From Lysobacterales bacterium (lineage in GTDB: Bacteria > Pseudomonadota > Gammaproteobacteria > Xanthomonadales > Ahniellaceae): a DNA stretch of 64,000 nt. This document shows positions 19,661-28,204 of the stretch, piece by piece. A program made the position numbers and the translations under genes. The first letter of the stretch is position 1. Every line of letters starts with the position of its first letter. Under the pieces are notes generated by a model, which saw nothing but the letters and a program-made list of their open reading frames with translations, made no database searches and had not been told where the DNA came from. The stretch covers positions 1 to 64,000 of the forward strand of contig JACPFU010000024.1 in NCBI GenBank assembly GCA_016182785.1, written 5' to 3'.

Positions 19661-20320
19661 TCAGGCCGAACGTCGAGACGCCGCTTTGCGCACAGGCGCT
19701 TTCGCTGCGGGCTCGGCTCGGCCCATTCGAGTCTGCGCGCTCTTTGCCGCAACCACTCGGCCCGCAGCAACGGTCGGGTTGGACTCGACGACCAGCCTCG
19801 CAGGCTTCCCTCGGATCAGAAAGCCTCCTCGAATCTTCTTCGCGGCGCCCGACTCGCCCGAGATCAATTTCACTGTCACGCCCGGTAGATCGACCGCCAG
19901 TTGTGGGTGCCTTTCAAGCAAGTGGAACAGATTCCACACTGCCGGAACGGGCTCAGCCAAGCCGTTCTCATAACGACTGAATCCATTGTGGCCACCGCCC
20001 GCAAGAATCCCGGCGTCCGCTTGCGATAGCCCCAAAGCGAGCCGGGCCTTGCGCAACTTCTCGCCCGCGACCTTGCGGATCTTTTGCACGAGCGAATCGC
20101 CGGCATCGGCATATCGCTTGGCACTGGCCGCATCGAAAAATACCTCGTCGCAGGCGCTGCAACGATCACCCGAAAGATCATCGACAGTGTCAGTCACATC
20201 GCCCACTCGAACAGGAAACGATTCGCCTGCGAAGCGCGCCAACGACTTGCGCGTTCCGCAGACAGGGCACTGGCCAGCAGCCAGTCGGGGCGGATTTGCG
20301 AATTTGATCCTGGTCGTCAT
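19661..20320 (-). CDS. mqsA: MqsA-family antitoxin (zinc-ribbon + HTH) with ~70-aa basic C-terminal extension
   Basis: N-terminal CPVCG...CSACDE zinc ribbon and an HTH (GGGHNGFSRYENG, compare E. coli MqsA GGGVNAFSRYEKG). It is 219 aa versus ~131 aa for E. coli MqsA. It lies immediately downstream of mqsR. Confidence 0.75.
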   Translation of the reverse strand: MTTRIKFANPPRLAAGQCPVCGTRKSLARFAGESFPVRVGDVTDTVDDLSGDRCSACDEVFFDAASAKRYADAGDSLVQKIRKVAGEKLRKARLALGLSQADAGILAGGGHNGFSRYENGLAEPVPAVWNLFHLLERHPQLAVDLPGVTVKLISGESGAAKKIRGGFLIRGKPARLVVESNPTVAAGRVVAAKSAQTRMGRAEPAAKAPVRKAASRRSA

Positions 20321-20330
20321 CAGAGGTGCC

Positions 20331-20708
20331 TCACTTCGCTTTGAACTGGATCACGACGCGGGGAGGAGCGGTGCTCCGCGCCGCCGGCAGCGCAATCTGG
20401 AATTTCACATAGGCATCGCCCTTCGGCGTGGGGACGTGGTAGACGTCCTGCCACATCCCCGGGAAATCCGTACTCGACATGGATTTGTAGAAGCATGTCG
20501 CCTGATGGATGCCGGCGATGGCCGCCATCGCCTCCGACATGGTGAGCATCATCTGCTGAACGCCCTGCAATGCCGTAAGCGTGAAGCACGTTGTCCGGTG
20601 CTGGGCGACCAAGCCCTTGACCAGCGTCAGGTCGAAATGAGGCGTCTGCTTTTCCCACACGCCGTTGGCGCGCTGGGTCACGCCCGGAGGCAAATTCTGG
20701 GTTGCCAT
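20331..20708 (-). CDS. mqsR: MqsR-family mRNA interferase toxin
   Basis: EKQTPHFDLTLVKGLV...FYKSMSSTDFPGMWQDVYHVPTP..AYVKF aligns along its length with E. coli MqsR (EKRTPHTRL..VKKLV...FYKSMTTYSDHTIWQDVYRP). It precedes mqsA by 10 nt. Confidence 0.8.
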   Translation of the reverse strand: MATQNLPPGVTQRANGVWEKQTPHFDLTLVKGLVAQHRTTCFTLTALQGVQQMMLTMSEAMAAIAGIHQATCFYKSMSSTDFPGMWQDVYHVPTPKGDAYVKFQIALPAARSTAPPRVVIQFKAK

Positions 20709-20735
20709 GCGCCGTCCTCGTCGAACCTAGAATAT

Positions 20736-20748
20736 ACCCTCTAAGGGT
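20736..20748. promoter_or_regulatory. putative MqsA operator palindrome ACCCT-CTA-AGGGT upstream of mqsR
   Basis: Perfect 5-3-5 palindrome 28 nt upstream of the mqsR start, in an AT-rich patch. It resembles the E. coli MqsA operator ACCT-N3-AGGT. Confidence 0.4.
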
Positions 20749-20782
20749 TGCTTTATAGCCCCTGCGACCAGGCACGCCGGCG

Positions 20783-21199
20783 CTATTGGTGAATCACGTC
20801 TTCGCGCATTGGCGCGAGGCGGGCGAGGAGGCGGTTCTGGACGCCGATCGGGAAATCGGCGCGGGTCATGGCGCGGCGGGAGGCGGCGACGAAGGTGTTG
20901 AATTCGGCTTCGGAGAGGTCCATGCCCGAGTGCGCTTCTTCCATCGACAGGCCGGTGTATTCGCAGCCGCCGTCGCTGATCGCGCAGATCTGTTCGCGCA
21001 GGCGCGCCTTGAAGTAGTCGCGGTCGGCGTCGGCGAACAGTGGGCCGAGCACGGGGTCGGCGTGGTACTCGGCGCTGAGTGCGTCGACCAGGCGTTCGAT
21101 GCCGTGCGCGCCGCCGAGCGCGTCGTACAGGCGCGCCGGGCGCGAGGTGGCGCAGGCGGCGAGCAGCAGCAGGAACAGCACAGGCAGTGCGCGCATCAC
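20783..21199 (-). CDS. group 1 truncated haemoglobin (trHb) lipoprotein
   Basis: 138 aa with lipoprotein signal (LLAAC). Has the trHb pattern LYDALGG...IERLVDALSAEYHADPVLGPLF...DYFKARL. Confidence 0.6.
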   Translation of the reverse strand: MMRALPVLFLLLLAACATSRPARLYDALGGAHGIERLVDALSAEYHADPVLGPLFADADRDYFKARLREQICAISDGGCEYTGLSMEEAHSGMDLSEAEFNTFVAASRRAMTRADFPIGVQNRLLARLAPMREDVIHQ

Positions 21200-22056
21200 C
21201 AGTTCCCGTTGATCGAAACGAATACGCCGTCCTGGCCCGGCCGCGCGGCGATCTGGCCCAGATCGACGAAGGCCAGCGCCAGGCTGAAGCGGCGCGACGG
21301 AAACCAGGCGAGGAAGAGATCACGCCAGTCGGACTCGCCGAGCCCGGGCAGGCCGTCGGGCTTCTGCCGGTACTCGAAGCCAAGCGCGAGTTCCGGACGG
21401 AAGAACATCGCCGCCGAGACTTCGCCGACGAGCTCGTAGCCGCCGTGGTCGACGCGGCCGAAGCCGAGCAGGCCGGTCTCGTTGGCGCGCGTCGCGCGCA
21501 GCGTTGCGTTGAGCAGCCAGTTGCGATCGAACGGTCCGTCCAGCCACAGCCGCGTCGCGCTGAAGTAGGCCTCGACATCGTGGTCGCGCTGCGCCCCGAG
21601 CGCACGCGCGAGGGTGTCGTCGTCATTGCGCTTGTACTGCAGTCCGAGCGCCAGTTGCGGCGTCGAACCGTAGATCAAGTCGCCGGCGACGCGCAGCTTG
21701 GCGCCGAGCACGGTCTGGCGCAGGTGGCGATCGAAGCCGGGCGGCAGCAGGCCGTCGTCGACGTCGAATCGCTGGCGCCCGAGCGAGAGCTCGAAGCGGT
21801 CGTTCCACGAGGCACTGAGGCCGATGCTCTCGAGACGGAAGTCGTCGAGCACGGTGAGCGAGCTGCCGGCGACGATGTCGAAACCGGGCCGGGTGGACAG
21901 TCCCGCGAGCACCGCCCACGGCACCAGGCCGCCGCCGGCCGCGGCTTCGATGCCGACCAGTCCGCCGGTGGCGTTGAGGCGGCCTTCGTCGGCAGCACGC
22001 GCCGGCCCGGCGAGGGCGAGGAGCGTGGCGAGGCACACAACGGACTGGCGCAGCAT
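21196..22056 (-). CDS. outer-membrane beta-barrel protein (DUF3034-like), hypothetical
   Basis: Signal peptide, alternating beta-strand pattern, ends in ...INGNW. It overlaps the downstream trHb gene by 4 nt, so they form an operon. Confidence 0.45.
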   Translation of the reverse strand: MLRQSVVCLATLLALAGPARAADEGRLNATGGLVGIEAAAGGGLVPWAVLAGLSTRPGFDIVAGSSLTVLDDFRLESIGLSASWNDRFELSLGRQRFDVDDGLLPPGFDRHLRQTVLGAKLRVAGDLIYGSTPQLALGLQYKRNDDDTLARALGAQRDHDVEAYFSATRLWLDGPFDRNWLLNATLRATRANETGLLGFGRVDHGGYELVGEVSAAMFFRPELALGFEYRQKPDGLPGLGESDWRDLFLAWFPSRRFSLALAFVDLGQIAARPGQDGVFVSINGNW

Positions 22057-22142
22057 CGTGGGGGCGTCGAGAATGCCGGAATGGACACACAGAGTGGATG
22101 CAGAGCGGTGAACGCGATGTGCAACGGCAGCGACGCGCCGCG

Positions 22143-23360
22143 ATGAAGACCTATCTCGTCGGTGGTGCGGTGCGCGACCGTCTGCTCGGTCGTGCGGTCA
22201 AGGATCGCGACTGGGTGGTGGTCGGGGCCACGCCCGAGGCCATGCGCGCCGCCGGCTTCCTGGCGGTCGGGCGTGACTTCCCGGTGTTCCTGCATCCGCA
22301 GAGCAAGGAGGAATACGCACTCGCGCGCACCGAGCGCAAGTCTGCGCCCGGCTACCGCGGCTTCGTCGTCAGTGCCGATGCGGCGGTGACGCTGGAGGAA
22401 GACCTCGGCCGGCGCGACCTCAGCATCAACGCCATCGCCGAGGACGCCGACGGGCAGTTGATCGATCCGTTCGGCGGCGTGCGCGATCTTCAGGCGCGCG
22501 TGCTGCGGCATGTGTCGCCGGCCTTCAGCGAGGACCCGGTACGCATCCTGCGCGTCGCGCGCTTCGCCGCGCGCTATGCGTCGCTCGGCTTCCGCGTGGC
22601 GCCCGAAACCGCGCAGCTGATGCGGCAGATGGTGGTCGCCGGCGAAGCCGCGCACCTGGTGCCGGAGCGGGTGCTGCAGGAATTGCGCGGCGCGCTCGCC
22701 GAACCGCGGCCGGGCGTGTTTCTGCGCGTACTGCGCGCCTGCGGCGCATTGCGCGTGGTGCTGCCCGAGATCGACGCGCTCTACGGCGTGCCGCAGCGCA
22801 TCGAGTTCCATCCCGAATACGATGCCGGCGTGCATCTGGAGCTGGCGCTGGATGCGGCCGCCCTGCTCGCGCCGGGCGATGGCGCCGTCGCGTTCGCGGT
22901 GCTGCTGCATGATCTGGGCAAGGCGCTGACCGCGCCCGAGTTGCTGCCGCGGCATCTCGAACACGAAGCCGCTGGCATCGCGCCGCTCGATGCGCTGTGC
23001 GCGCGCCTGCGCGTGCCGAACGATCTGGCGGCGCTGGCGCGAGTGGTTTGCCGCGAGCACCTGAACGTGCATCGCGCCGCCGAACTGCGCCCGGGCTCGA
23101 TGGTCGATCTGCTCGAACGGCTCGACGCCTGGCGTCAGCCGCAGCGCGTGGCGGCGATCACGCTGGCCTGCGCCGCCGACAAACTCGGACGTGCCGGCCA
23201 GTCCGTGGCCGGTTTCGACTATCCGCCACGCGAACTGATCGCACGCGCACTCGCCGCGACCCTGCGCGTCGACGCACAACCCTTCCTCGATCGCGGCCTG
23301 CGCGGCCCCGAGATCGGCGCTGCGTTGCGCGAGCAGCGCTGTCGGCTGCTGGCGGGGTAG
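22143..23360 (+). CDS. cca: multifunctional CCA tRNA nucleotidyltransferase (with HD domain)
   Basis: Head motif [54 protein letters not shown], and a C-terminal HD domain (VLLHDLGK). Confidence 0.85.
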   Translation: MKTYLVGGAVRDRLLGRAVKDRDWVVVGATPEAMRAAGFLAVGRDFPVFLHPQSKEEYALARTERKSAPGYRGFVVSADAAVTLEEDLGRRDLSINAIAEDADGQLIDPFGGVRDLQARVLRHVSPAFSEDPVRILRVARFAARYASLGFRVAPETAQLMRQMVVAGEAAHLVPERVLQELRGALAEPRPGVFLRVLRACGALRVVLPEIDALYGVPQRIEFHPEYDAGVHLELALDAAALLAPGDGAVAFAVLLHDLGKALTAPELLPRHLEHEAAGIAPLDALCARLRVPNDLAALARVVCREHLNVHRAAELRPGSMVDLLERLDAWRQPQRVAAITLACAADKLGRAGQSVAGFDYPPRELIARALAATLRVDAQPFLDRGLRGPEIGAALREQRCRLLAG

Positions 23361-23399
23361 GGTTTCGCGAGCAGGGCTCGCGATGCCCCGTCCATCCCG

Positions 23400-25823
23400 C
23401 TACTCGAACCCATCGCGGAAGATCAGCACCCCGGCGCTGTCGTCGTCGAGGATGGTGCCGGTGGCGCTGCCATCGAGGATGCTGGCCCCGGCCGACACAT
23501 TCGACAGGTTCACCAGCACCGTTTCGTCCGGCTCGGGCGTTGCGTCCACGACCTTGGTCACGTCGAAGTTCTGCGTGGTGACGCCGGAGGCGAAGCTGAC
23601 GGTGACATTGGCGCGCGCCTGGTAGTCCGAAGGCGCGGTCGCGCTGCCATCGGCGGTGTCCGCGCGCACCGTGATCGTCGACTGGCTCGGTCCCGACAGG
23701 CTGATCACGTAGCGCAGCGAGTTGCCGTTGTCCTCGGCCTGCGATGCCGCGTCGGCGACCGAGACCGTCGGCGTCGGGTCGTTGTCGTTGATGGTGCCGG
23801 TGCCGGTGCCATCGCCGATCACCGCGGCCGAATTGACCCCGCTGAGGTTGAGCGTGAAGGTCTCGCTGGCCGGTTCGTCGAGGTTGTCGTTGGTGGTCAC
23901 CACGTTCACGGTCTGGCTGGTTGCGCCGGGTGCGAAGGTGAGCGTGGCCGCGGACAGCGCGGTGTAGTCGCTGCCGTTGGCGGTGCCGTTCGCGGTCGCG
24001 CGGGTGACGGTGACGGTGCGGCTGTTCGCGTTCGACATCGACACCGTGAACGCGACCGTTCCGCCCTCGGTCACCGCCGCCGGGTCGTTGACCGCAAGGC
24101 TGGAAGTGTCGTTGTCGGTGATGGTGCCGATCGCCTGCGCGTCGGTGATCGAGTAGCCGGACGAGGGCGTGCTCAGGTTCACGAAGAAGGTCTCGTCGAT
24201 CTCGTCGATGGTGTCGTTGGCGATGGTCACGTTCAGCGTCGCGGTGGTTGAGCCGTCGCTGAAGGTGACGGTCTGGCTGCTGACGTTGCTGTAGTCGGTC
24301 CCGCCTCCGGTCGCCGTGTCCGGCGCCGTGCTCGCGACCACGGTCGCGGTGCCGGTGCTGCTTGAGCGCGTCAACGTGAACTGCATCGGCGTCGTCGCCT
24401 CGCCCGAGGTGCGGTCGGCGATGGTGATGGTGCCGCCGCCGCCGGTGGTGAAGCAGAGGCTGCCGACGTTGGCGGTGGCGATGGCATTGAGGCTGGTGGC
24501 ATTGCGTGGGTGGAACACCTCGAACGAATCGCACCCGGCCGGCGTGATGTGGCAGTAGCTCATCAGCGTGCCGAGCACGCCGGTGACGCCGTTGATGGTT
24601 TGCGCTGCGGGGCAGGAAGTGGCGCCACCGTAGCAACCGGAGCCGGCCTCGCCGCTGTAGCACTGGTCGATGGTGCCGGAGGACACCGGCTGCGTGCCGG
24701 TGCTGGCATCGGTGCAATGGGTGTGGTTGACGCCAAAGTTGTGGCCCAGTTCGTGCGCGACCACGAGCACGTCGTGTGCGGCAGTCGAGCCGGCGAAGCG
24801 GAACACCCGCGAAATGCTGTAGTGACCGGCGGTGCAGGTGCCATCGCTGCAGATGCCGGAGGCGAAGTTGGAGCCCTTCTGCGTGCACATGTTGCTGGCG
24901 CCGATCAGCCAGGCGACGCCGGCCGACGAATTCGCATTGGACGACTTGCCGGAAATCTGCGCGGCGAATGCACGGTTGATCAACGTATGGTTGGCCATCC
25001 ACTCCTCGCCGAACTCGTCGAGCTGGTCGATGGTTGAACTCGCCGAGGTGGTCGCGTACGGGTCGGAAGCGGTGCGCAGGGTGGTGTCGCCACGCAACAG
25101 GGTGACGTCGATGTCGCGCTCGTAGATCGTGTTCATGCCGGCAAACAGCGCGTCGAGATAGGCCGTGGCATTCGCGGTGCTGCCGGAGAACTTCAGGCTC
25201 AGCAGTTCGGTGTCGGTGTCGATCGCGACCGTGGCCGAGCGCGAGGCTGCGGCGGTTGCCTTCGGGATGCCGGCAGCATCGAGCGCGGCGTGCACTTCCT
25301 CACGCGAGGGCAGGCCGAAGTCCTTGCTCAGGTCCATGCCCTGGTGCGCATCCAGTTCGCAGGCGAAGAAGATCGGATTGCCGTCGGCATCCTGTTTCGG
25401 TTTGGCGATCGCTTCGAGTACCAGCGCTCGGCCTTGGCGACGGCCCTGGATCGAGAAGCTGCCTTCGCCGGTGAACAACGCGCCCATCGCCTCACGGCCG
25501 TCGGGCGACAACGACAGGCTGTAGCGCGGGCCGCCGGGTTCGCTCGGGTCGGCGATGAAGTGACGCCAGCCGCTGGCCGGAAGCTCGTGGCGGCCTTCGG
25601 CATCGACCACCCAGGTCTTGGCACCGGGTGCGATCACGTCGATGCGGCGCATGCGCACCGTCGACTCCAGCCCGCGCGCGCCATGGGCGGGCAGCGGCAG
25701 CTCCAGCTGCTTGCCGACCTGCAGCTGCAGCGCGCGCTGCAGCGCGGACGCATCGAGTGTGGCAGCGCCGGCCTCAAGGGCCCCCAGCGCGAGGATCAGG
25801 CTAACGGCAGCACGGACAGACAT
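23400..25823 (-). CDS. secreted zinc metalloprotease (HExxH, reprolysin/M12B-like) with four Calx-beta domains
   Basis: Signal peptide MSVRAAVSLILALGALEAGAA, catalytic VVAHELGHNFGVNHTH, and four Calx-beta-type repeats (...NDxxDExDETF.VNLS...). The ORF extension beyond 25823 is REP-derived. Confidence 0.75.
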   Translation of the reverse strand: MSVRAAVSLILALGALEAGAATLDASALQRALQLQVGKQLELPLPAHGARGLESTVRMRRIDVIAPGAKTWVVDAEGRHELPASGWRHFIADPSEPGGPRYSLSLSPDGREAMGALFTGEGSFSIQGRRQGRALVLEAIAKPKQDADGNPIFFACELDAHQGMDLSKDFGLPSREEVHAALDAAGIPKATAAASRSATVAIDTDTELLSLKFSGSTANATAYLDALFAGMNTIYERDIDVTLLRGDTTLRTASDPYATTSASSTIDQLDEFGEEWMANHTLINRAFAAQISGKSSNANSSAGVAWLIGASNMCTQKGSNFASGICSDGTCTAGHYSISRVFRFAGSTAAHDVLVVAHELGHNFGVNHTHCTDASTGTQPVSSGTIDQCYSGEAGSGCYGGATSCPAAQTINGVTGVLGTLMSYCHITPAGCDSFEVFHPRNATSLNAIATANVGSLCFTTGGGGTITIADRTSGEATTPMQFTLTRSSSTGTATVVASTAPDTATGGGTDYSNVSSQTVTFSDGSTTATLNVTIANDTIDEIDETFFVNLSTPSSGYSITDAQAIGTITDNDTSSLAVNDPAAVTEGGTVAFTVSMSNANSRTVTVTRATANGTANGSDYTALSAATLTFAPGATSQTVNVVTTNDNLDEPASETFTLNLSGVNSAAVIGDGTGTGTINDNDPTPTVSVADAASQAEDNGNSLRYVISLSGPSQSTITVRADTADGSATAPSDYQARANVTVSFASGVTTQNFDVTKVVDATPEPDETVLVNLSNVSAGASILDGSATGTILDDDSAGVLIFRDGFE

Positions 25824-25889
25824 CGCGGCACTCCAATCGGCCCGAACGCGGGCCGTCACAGGGTGTGACGGAGTATAGGCCGTTGGTTT

Positions 25890-26160
25890 TCGGGTGGGAG
25901 GCCCATGTCGGGCCACCAGTGGCCCTCCCACAGGAAGCAAGGCTCCGCGAGTACCCGGTGTGGCTGGCTTCATGTGGGAGGGCCACTGGTGGCCCGATGG
26001 TTACTCCCACAGAAAGCAGGTTCCGACCCAGCACCCGGTCTGGCTGGCTGTCCTGTGGGAGGGCCACTTGTGGCCCGATAGTTGCTCCCACAGGAAGCAA
26101 GGCCCCGCGAGCACCCGGTCTGGCTGGCTTCATGTGGGAGGGCCACTGGTGGCCCGATGC
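25890..26160. repeat. cluster of four REP-type palindromic elements (core GGGCCACCAGTGGCCC), both orientations
   Basis: Copies at ~25891-25935, 25966-26000, 26041-26080 and 26121-26160 share TGGGAGGGCCACTGGTGGCCCGA or its reverse complement. Confidence 0.65.
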
Positions 26161-26690
26161 TGCGAAAACTCGCAACCCTTTTTCCGCCTCTGCCCGAGGC
26201 AGGCCGAGCCGCGGCCATCGATCCTGTCGGAGTGCGCCCTGACCTCAACCGACCCGGATACGCAACGCTTCGCAGAGGCCGCTGCTCAGTGCCTGGCTGG
26301 TGCTACCTGGTCACGACGGTGACGGTCGATCGCACGCCCTGGTTCGCTTGTGCGGATGCGGCGATGGCGGTGACCGCGCTGCAGGCCGATGCTGCGCTGC
26401 TCGCGGATGCCCGGTTGCTCTCGTGGGTGCTGATGCCCGATCACTGGCACGGCGTCTTGCAGCTTGGGTCGACGACGTCGCTATCGCGGGTGGTCAACCG
26501 CTTCAAGACCTGCACGGCGATGCGCGCGAATGCGCTGTTGCAGCGCAAGGGCCCGCTGTGGTTCCAGGGCTTTCATGATCGCGCGCTGCGCAACGAACTC
26601 GAACTGGACCGCGCGCGCGAGTACATCCGCATGAACCCGGTCCGGGCGGGGCTGTGCGAACGGGCGGAGGACTATCCCTACCGGGCTTGA
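26157..26690 (+). mobile_element. REP-associated tyrosine transposase (RAYT, IS200/IS605 TnpA-like)
   Basis: HuH motif PDHWHGVLQ and catalytic Tyr motif AREYIRMNPVRAGL. The gene is flanked on both sides by REP doublets. Confidence 0.65.
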
Positions 26691-26714
26691 AACAACCTCC
26701 CTGACTCGATGTCG

Positions 26715-26830
26715 AGTGATCGGTGGGAGGCCCATGTCGGGCCACCAGTGGCCCTCCCACAGAAGGCATGGCCCCGCGAGCACCCGGTGTGGCTGGCTTC
26801 ATGTGGGAGGGCCACTGGTGGCCCGATGCT
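26715..26830. repeat. REP doublet (inverted pair) downstream of the RAYT
   Basis: GGTGGGAGGCCCATGTCGGGCCACCAGTGGCCCTCCCACAG ... CATGTGGGAGGGCCACTGGTGGCCCGATGC. Confidence 0.6.
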
Positions 26831-26851
26831 TGTGGCCTGTGGTCCGATGGC

Positions 26852-27568
26852 TTATGCGGCTGCGGCTGCCAGTCGTTGCTCCAGCCGGCGCAGTCGCTGG
26901 TGCACTGCGGCCGGGGCGAGGCCGATCGCCAGTGATTGCATGCAGTGCGCGAGCCAACCCGGGCGTTCGCGCAATGCGCCCAGTGCGCGGTGCAGGTCTT
27001 CGACCACGCCGGGGCCATAGGCCTGCATCGCCTTGGCCAATGCCGGGCGCAATCGCCGCGGCGGGATCTCCAGCATCGCCAGATCGAACGCGTCGCGGGC
27101 GAACACACTGTCGTCGCGCCAGCGGTCGGCGTTTGCCAGGATCTTGCTCGCCGCCAGGTCGATCGGCGTCAACGTGGCGACACCACAGGTCTGGTTCGCC
27201 CGCGGCGGCACTTCGAAACCGATACGCCCCTCGTGGACGATCTCGAACTTGATGGCGGCGCGGTCGACCAGGACGAAGCCGCGGAGACCGTACTGGTCGA
27301 TACGGATCTCGCGCTCGAACGCGAACGTCGCAGCGCCGGGTCGAGTCAAAGGTTGCAAGTCGTGCGCACCGCGCAGGCGCTGGCGCAATTCGCGGTACCC
27401 GGCGGCATCCGACACCAGCAGGTCGATGTCGCGGGATTCGCGGTATTCGCCATGGCGCAACGCGATCGCCGTGCCCCCACCGAACCAGCACTGATGCGCG
27501 CGCAGCAGGCTTGCGTCCAGCGCCATCAGCACGCGGGCGATGCGTTGGTGGTGCGGCCGCTCAAACAC
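26852..27568 (-). CDS. AbiEii/AbiGii (DUF1814, MenT-like) nucleotidyltransferase toxin
   Basis: 238 aa with the NTase core ...FGGGTAIALRHGEYRESRDIDLLV... characteristic of DUF1814/AbiEii toxins. It overlaps the upstream HTH gene by 8 nt. Confidence 0.65.
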   Translation of the reverse strand: MFERPHHQRIARVLMALDASLLRAHQCWFGGGTAIALRHGEYRESRDIDLLVSDAAGYRELRQRLRGAHDLQPLTRPGAATFAFEREIRIDQYGLRGFVLVDRAAIKFEIVHEGRIGFEVPPRANQTCGVATLTPIDLAASKILANADRWRDDSVFARDAFDLAMLEIPPRRLRPALAKAMQAYGPGVVEDLHRALGALRERPGWLAHCMQSLAIGLAPAAVHQRLRRLEQRLAAAAA

Positions 27569-28052
27569 GCGGCGCGGCGTCGGCGAACAGCGCCCGCAGC
27601 GCGCGCAACAGCGTGCGCTCAGGGTCGGAGAGCGACGCCTCGTCCAGATGCCGTGCGTTGCGTTCGTACAAGCCGTAGGCTTCGCGTGGCGAGAGCGCCG
27701 TGAGTTCTTCGTTCACTTGCCAGGCCAGTCGGCGCAAGCCGGGGAACTGCGCCAACGGAATGTGCAGCGGGACCCATCCAGCCATCGCCTGCAGCGGCGG
27801 CGAAGCGCTCGCCTGGCCAGCCTCCTCGATGACCTGCACACTCAGACCCAACACGGCGGCCGCAGCCAATACCGAAGCCCAGGCGACGCTCGCCTCGCCC
27901 TTCTCCAGTCGATGCCAGGTGACCCGCGACATACCCGCAGCCTCGGCGGCGGCGACCATGGTGATACGCAACGCTTTGCGTCGCGTACGCAGCGTCTTCC
28001 CGAGACGCGCGGCCGCGGACGGCTCAATCGCCTGGTTCGATCGCAGCGTCAT
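27561..28052 (-). CDS. XRE-family HTH protein, putative cognate antitoxin/regulator of the DUF1814 toxin
   Basis: N-terminal HTH_XRE (LRTRRKALRITMVAAAEAAGMSRVTWHRLEKGE). It is 163 aa, upstream of and overlapping the toxin gene. Confidence 0.5.
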   Translation of the reverse strand: MTLRSNQAIEPSAAARLGKTLRTRRKALRITMVAAAEAAGMSRVTWHRLEKGEASVAWASVLAAAAVLGLSVQVIEEAGQASASPPLQAMAGWVPLHIPLAQFPGLRRLAWQVNEELTALSPREAYGLYERNARHLDEASLSDPERTLLRALRALFADAAPRV

Positions 28053-28140
28053 GGAAGCATCTCACTCGGAAAACGTTTCGTACAATAGACTAAGCGCACG
28101 GTTTGTCAACGATACGAAACATCAGGCTGCGGTCGGCTGC

Positions 28141-28200
28141 CAGCGCATCGGGCCACAAGTGGCCCTCCTACATGAAGAATCGCCGCATCATGTGGGCCCG
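28141..28200. repeat. REP doublet
   Basis: GCATCGGGCCACAAGTGGCCCTCC ... CATGTGGGCCCGATGCC, immediately 3' of the stop of the 28205..29302 gene. Confidence 0.55.
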
Positions 28201-28204
28201 ATGC

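Noticed and set aside
25823-25973. N-terminal 50-codon extension of the metalloprotease ORF (MKPATPGTRGALLPVGGPLVARHGPPT...).
   Set aside because: This peptide is the translation of the REP palindrome and recurs in several unrelated ORFs and frames. The genuine signal peptide starts at MSVRAAV (25823).
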